Source: an uncultured Pseudomonadota bacterium (lineage in GTDB: Bacteria > Vulcanimicrobiota > Vulcanimicrobiia > Eremiobacterales > Eremiobacteraceae). Taken from it: DNA of 64,000 nt. The DNA is taken from NCBI GenBank assembly GCA_963736005.1, contig CAVTNB010000001.1:416001-480000 (forward strand), in the 5' to 3' direction. The notes below the pieces were generated by a model. It searched no databases, was not told the DNA's origin, and saw nothing but the letters and a program-made list of their open reading frames with translations. The position numbers were made by a program, and so were the translations under genes. Position 1 is the first letter of the stretch, and every line of letters starts with the position of its first letter. Of this stretch, positions 60,005-64,000 are shown piece after piece.

Positions 60005-60463
60005 CTACTCCTCAAATGTCGCGCCTGCGGCTTGCAGTTTCGACCGCGCCGCGACGGAAAAACGAACGTTTCGAAAGCGCAATCCTGCGGGGGCTTCGCC
60101 CGTGCCAAGAATCTTCACGCCGTCTTTGCGCTGTGCAACGTAGCCAGCTTGCTCGAGCGACTCCGGTGTAATGAGCACCTTTGCATCCCAATCCGCAAGA
60201 TCTCCAACATTGACGACCGAGAACTCAGTGCGAAAGATCTTTGTCGATCGCGCCTTTTGCGACACGCCGCGACGTTGTGGCAGTCTGCGAAACCACGGGG
60301 TCTGTCCCCCCTCGAAGTTTGGCCCCTTGCCACCGCCCGAGCGCGCCGTTTGTCCCTTGCCGCCCTTGCCTGAGGTTTTCACGAGCCCACTGCCATGCCC
60401 GCGCCCGACGCGGACGCGCTTGCTGGCCGAACCGTGTGCGGGTCTAAGATCCGACAGCTTCAC
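60005..60463 (-). CDS. rplO: 50S ribosomal protein L15
   Basis: [16 protein letters not shown]. Confidence 0.97.
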   Translation of the reverse strand: MKLSDLRPAHGSASKRVRVGRGHGSGLVKTSGKGGKGQTARSGGGKGPNFEGGQTPWFRRLPQRRGVSQKARSTKIFRTEFSVVNVGDLADWDAKVLITPESLEQAGYVAQRKDGVKILGTGEAPAGLRFRNVRFSVAARSKLQAAGATFEE

Positions 60464-60971
60464 CGTTGACCACTCTCCCTAAGATTTCGTCCACCGTTTT
60501 CCCGCGGGAGGCCGCCACGTCTTCGACCGTACGCAGCTGACGCAGCCCCGCGATCGTCGCGGCGATCACGTTAATCGGATTATTCGAGCCAAGTGATTTC
60601 GTCAAGATGTCGTGCACGCCCGCAAGCTCCAGCACCGCGCGCATCGCACCGCCGGCGATCACGCCCGTACCTTTCATCGCCGGCTTCATGAGCACTTTGC
60701 CCGAACCGGCGCGCGAGGTAATCGGATGAGGAATCGTGCGGCCGACCATTGGCACGGTCACAAGCGACCTGCGTGCGTCCTCGACGCCCTTGCGAATGGC
60801 TTCGGGCACTTCGCGAGCTTTTCCAATGCCGTAACCGACGCGTCCTTGGCGATCGCCCACCACAACCAGCGCCGAAAACGAGAACCGCTTGCCGCCCTTG
60901 ACGACTTTCGCAACGCGATTCACGCGTACGACTTGCTCTTCCAGTCCCGAGCCGTCCGTAATGCGCGCCAT
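60444..60971 (-). CDS. rpsE: 30S ribosomal protein S5
   Basis: [22 protein letters not shown]. Confidence 0.97.
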   Translation of the reverse strand: MARITDGSGLEEQVVRVNRVAKVVKGGKRFSFSALVVVGDRQGRVGYGIGKAREVPEAIRKGVEDARRSLVTVPMVGRTIPHPITSRAGSGKVLMKPAMKGTGVIAGGAMRAVLELAGVHDILTKSLGSNNPINVIAATIAGLRQLRTVEDVAASRGKTVDEILGRVVNGEAVGS

Positions 60972-60974
60972 GCG

Positions 60975-61343
60975 CTAGAACTCCAATCCGGCGCCGCGCG
61001 CCGCGTCCGCGAGTGCTTTGATTTTGCCATGATACTTGTAGCCCCCGCGATCGAAGACCACAGCCGTGATGCCTTTGTCACGGGCGCGCTTGGCGATCTC
61101 CTGGCCAACCTTTTCCGCTGCGCCCACGCTTTTCGATGATGGGAGGCCCTGGGAGAGTTCTTTCTCTCGAGTCGAAGCCGCGGCGAGCGTGGTGCCGGTC
61201 GTGTCGTCGATGAGCTGCACGTAGATGTGATGCAGGCTTCGGAAAACCGAAAGACGCGGGCGTCCGGAGTTGCCCGCAATGCGCGTGCGTACGCGCGCAT
61301 GCCGCCTGATTCGTAATTTTTTTCTGCTGAGCGAGCTTGCCAT
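60975..61343 (-). CDS. rplR: 50S ribosomal protein L18
   Basis: [20 protein letters not shown]. Confidence 0.97.
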   Translation of the reverse strand: MASSLSRKKLRIRRHARVRTRIAGNSGRPRLSVFRSLHHIYVQLIDDTTGTTLAAASTREKELSQGLPSSKSVGAAEKVGQEIAKRARDKGITAVVFDRGGYKYHGKIKALADAARGAGLEF

Positions 61344-61351
61344 GGATGTAC

Positions 61352-61909
61352 CTACTTCTTCGCCGCGCCGGCTGTCTTACCGGCCTTGCCGAGTTTGCGT
61401 CGCACGCGCTCCCCTTCGTAGCGAATGCCCTTGCCCTTATATGGTTCAGGTGGGCGGATGCTCCGGATTTGCGCCGCGACCTGACCGACATGTTGCTTGT
61501 CGGCACCGCTAATCTGAATCTTGTTTTGGCCTTCAACTTTGATCTCGATGCCGGTGGGCGGTTCGAACACAACCGGGTGGGCGAATCCCAATTGCAGACC
61601 AAGCTTTTTGCCTTGGAGTTGGGCGCGATAGCCCACGCCCAAAATCTCGAGGTTCTTGCTGAACCCTTTGGTCACGCCTTCTACCATGTTGGCGATGAGG
61701 GTCCGCGTCAGGCCGTGCAGAGCTCGACTGCGCTTGTCGTCGCCCGGCCGAGCGACATTCACTGCAGCACCCTCCACCTGAACCGTAATCGGCTCGACAT
61801 ACACCAGTTTCAATTGCCCCCGCGGACCTTTCACCGCAACCTCGTGGTCGGTGACCGAAACCGTCACGCCACTGGGCACGGCGATGGGCAAGCGCCCTAT
61901 TCTGCTCAT
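61352..61909 (-). CDS. rplF: 50S ribosomal protein L6
   Basis: [19 protein letters not shown]. Confidence 0.97.
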   Translation of the reverse strand: MSRIGRLPIAVPSGVTVSVTDHEVAVKGPRGQLKLVYVEPITVQVEGAAVNVARPGDDKRSRALHGLTRTLIANMVEGVTKGFSKNLEILGVGYRAQLQGKKLGLQLGFAHPVVFEPPTGIEIKVEGQNKIQISGADKQHVGQVAAQIRSIRPPEPYKGKGIRYEGERVRRKLGKAGKTAGAAKK

Positions 61910-61913
61910 GTCC

Positions 61914-62315
61914 TCACCACACAAACGCCACGACTTCGCCGCCACAATGGAGGCGTTTTGCCTGACGCCCGCTCATGATGCCCCTTGACGTCGACATGAT
62001 GACCAGGCCCAGGCCACCCATGCACTTGGGGATGTCGCTCTTGGGCGTGTAGATCCGCAACCCCGGCCGGCTGATGCGCTGCAGGCCGTTAATGACGCGC
62101 TCGCGGTGCTGCCCGTATTTTAGAGTGATGCGGATGAGCTCGCGCGGCTCGCCTTGCACAAACTCGAAGCTCTTAATAAAGCCTTCGTCCTTCAGCACCT
62201 TGGCGATTTCTTTTTTCAGACGCGACGCCGGCACGTCAACCCGCTCGTGGTGAGCAATGTTGGCGTTGCGAATTCGCGCGAGCATGTCCGCGACGGGATC
62301 GGTGATCACTGCCAT
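61914..62315 (-). CDS. rpsH: 30S ribosomal protein S8
   Basis: DPVADMLARIRNA, ISRPGLRIY, GGEVVAFVW. Confidence 0.97.
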   Translation of the reverse strand: MAVITDPVADMLARIRNANIAHHERVDVPASRLKKEIAKVLKDEGFIKSFEFVQGEPRELIRITLKYGQHRERVINGLQRISRPGLRIYTPKSDIPKCMGGLGLVIMSTSRGIMSGRQAKRLHCGGEVVAFVW

Positions 62316-62331
62316 ACGTTTGTTGCTACCT

Positions 62332-62517
62332 CTACCAAGATGCTTTGGTGACGCCCGGGATGTGCCCGCGATGCGCAAGCTCGCGGAAGCAGATCCGACA
62401 CAAACCAAACTTGCGCAGATAGCCGCGTGGGCGTCCGCAGCGCTGGCAGCGGTTGTGCTGCCGCACCGCAAACTTCTGCTTGCGCTTAGCCTTTTCGATC
62501 ATTGCCATCGTTGCCAT
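62332..62517 (-). CDS. rpsN: 30S ribosomal protein S14 type Z
   Basis: [25 protein letters not shown]. Confidence 0.96.
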   Translation of the reverse strand: MATMAMIEKAKRKQKFAVRQHNRCQRCGRPRGYLRKFGLCRICFRELAHRGHIPGVTKASW

Positions 62518-62533
62518 ATCGTTTTGCCTGCGG

Positions 62534-63089
62534 TTATGCCGCAGCACCCTCCTTGCGAAGCGGCATTCCCATCTCACCGAGAAACGCGAGCGCTTGTTCG
62601 TCGCTCTGCGCCGTCGTGACGATGACGATGTCCATGCCACGGACCATATCGATTTTGTCGTAGTTGATTTCGGGAAACACTAATTGTTCGCTGCAGGCCG
62701 AGCGCGTAGTTGCCGCGGCCATCGAGCGAGCTGCGTGACATGCCGCGAAAATCGCGGATGCGCGGGAGTACGATGTTGACCAATTTGTCGAAGAACGCGT
62801 ACATGCGCTCCCCGCGCAACGTCACCTTCGCACCGATCTGCATGCCCGCGCGCAGTTTATAGGTCGCGACTGATTTGGCCGCCCGGGTGACCACCGGTTT
62901 CTGGCCGGTGATGGCCGTGAGGTCGGACACCGCGCCGTCGATCGCCTTTGGATTGGCGACCGCTTCGCCAACGCCCATATTAACCACAATCTTGACCAAG
63001 CGCGGCACCTGCATCATGTTACTCAGGCCGAGGCGCTTGCGCAGGGCGGGGGCGATTGTCTTGAGATAGCGTTCGTTGAGTCTGTTCAT
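62534..63089 (-). CDS. rplE: 50S ribosomal protein L5 (apparent indel near 62695)
   Basis: [32 protein letters not shown] continues in another frame. Confidence 0.93.
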
Positions 63090-63092
63090 CGC

Positions 63093-63424
63093 TTATGCCT
63101 TTACGGGCCGCTCAGCCGGTTCATCGCAGCGGCGGCAGATTCGTTCGCGCGCCCCTGCATTTTGTGAAACGCGAGCTTGGCCGGTTTATTGCATTTGGGG
63201 CAAACATACATCAGCTTGCCAATGGGCATCGGCAGCTCTTTTTCCACGATGCCGGCTTTGGCTTTAGGAGTCGCTTTGCGTGTGGCGCTTGACGACGTTG
63301 ACGCCTTCCACTTCGGCCATGCCGGCGTGCGGGAATCAGTTTGATCTTGCCTCGCTTGCCTTTATCTTTGCCGCCGAGCACAACGACCGTGTCGCCTGCG
63401 GCTAGATCGCAGTTTCGCCGCCAT
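63093..63424 (-). CDS. rplX: 50S ribosomal protein L24 (several apparent indels)
   Basis: [16 protein letters not shown] and [10 protein letters not shown] fragments in different frames. Confidence 0.85.
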
Positions 63425-63425
63425 G

Positions 63426-63795
63426 CTACAGCACCTCCGGAGCGAGCGAGATGATCTTCATAAAGTCGCGATCGCGTAAGTTCGCGCGCCACGGGGCCGA
63501 AGATGCGCGTGCCGCGCGGGTTCTTCTGGTCGTTGATGAGCACGGCCGCGTTCTCGTCGAAGCGGATGAACGAGCCGTCCGGCCGGCGCATCTTCTTCTT
63601 CTGGCGCACGATGACGGCTTTCACGACGTTGCCTTTCTTCACGGCGGCGCCGGGAATGGCGCTTTTGACCGTCGCCACGACGACGTCGCCCACGTATGCA
63701 TAGGGATGGCGCGAGCCCCCCTGACGTGGAAGACCATCAGCTCCCTTGCGCCGGAGTTGTCGGCGACCTTGAGCCGCGTCTGGGCGCTGGATCAC
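63426..63795 (-). CDS. rplN: 50S ribosomal protein L14 (apparent indels)
   Basis: [34 protein letters not shown]. Confidence 0.92.
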
Positions 63796-64000
63796 TTAGC
63801 CTTCTCCACAATCTCGACCAGCCGCCAACGCTTGCGCGCCGACATCGGTCGCGTCTCCACGATGCGCACGAGATCGCCGACCTTGGCCTCGTTGCTCTCA
63901 TCGTGCGCCATGAAGCGCGTGCGAGCGGCGCGTGGATTTTGCCATAGGTACGCGTCGCGCGGTGCGCATTCGGTGCACCACGACGATGCGTCTTGCGCAT
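63792..64000 (-). CDS. rpsQ: 30S ribosomal protein S17, 5' truncated, apparent indels
   Basis: [40 protein letters not shown]. Confidence 0.9.
   Translation of the reverse strand, partial: AQDASSWCTECAPRDAYLWQNPRAARTRFMAHDESNEAKVGDLVRIVETRPMSARKRWRLVEIVEKAK

Overview
GC-rich bacterial chromosomal segment with no prophage, transposase or CRISPR array visible. A TonB-dependent receptor occurs together with Terrabacteria-type housekeeping genes (Zn-type S14, rpsD inside the alpha operon, rapZ-yvcK, YtpB homolog). This suggests a diderm Terrabacteria lineage such as Eremiobacterota/Armatimonadota; that placement is inference only. Left to right: (1) a divergent inositol-type uptake and catabolic locus (ABC permease, TonB receptor, Tat binding protein | IclR, IolD-like, iolG, iolB, iolE, split transketolase, LeuB-family dehydrogenase); (2) a minor type IV pilin trio behind a coiled-coil/TPR gene; (3) a DtxR-NRAMP-Na+/H+ antiporter operon; (4) a YtpB-like terpene synthase, rnpB and rapZ-yvcK; (5) a glycerate operon; (6) caa3-type cytochrome oxidase genes with SCO, tRNA-Leu and a ctaA-ctaB fusion; (7) aroA, then dnaE-HAD-ftsQAZ, and pckA; (8) the alpha and spc ribosomal operons, lacking rpmD. 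The best candidate for an undescribed system is the inositol operon, which shows no iolC/iolJ/iolA and instead couples a two-subunit transketolase and a beta-decarboxylating dehydrogenase. The second is a multi-class family of GTAG REP-like hairpins sitting at or just after stop codons, including inside the ribosomal operon. Several essential genes (coxA, ftsZ, ftsA, dnaE, rplE/X/N, rpsQ) carry small indels that are most likely sequencing errors.
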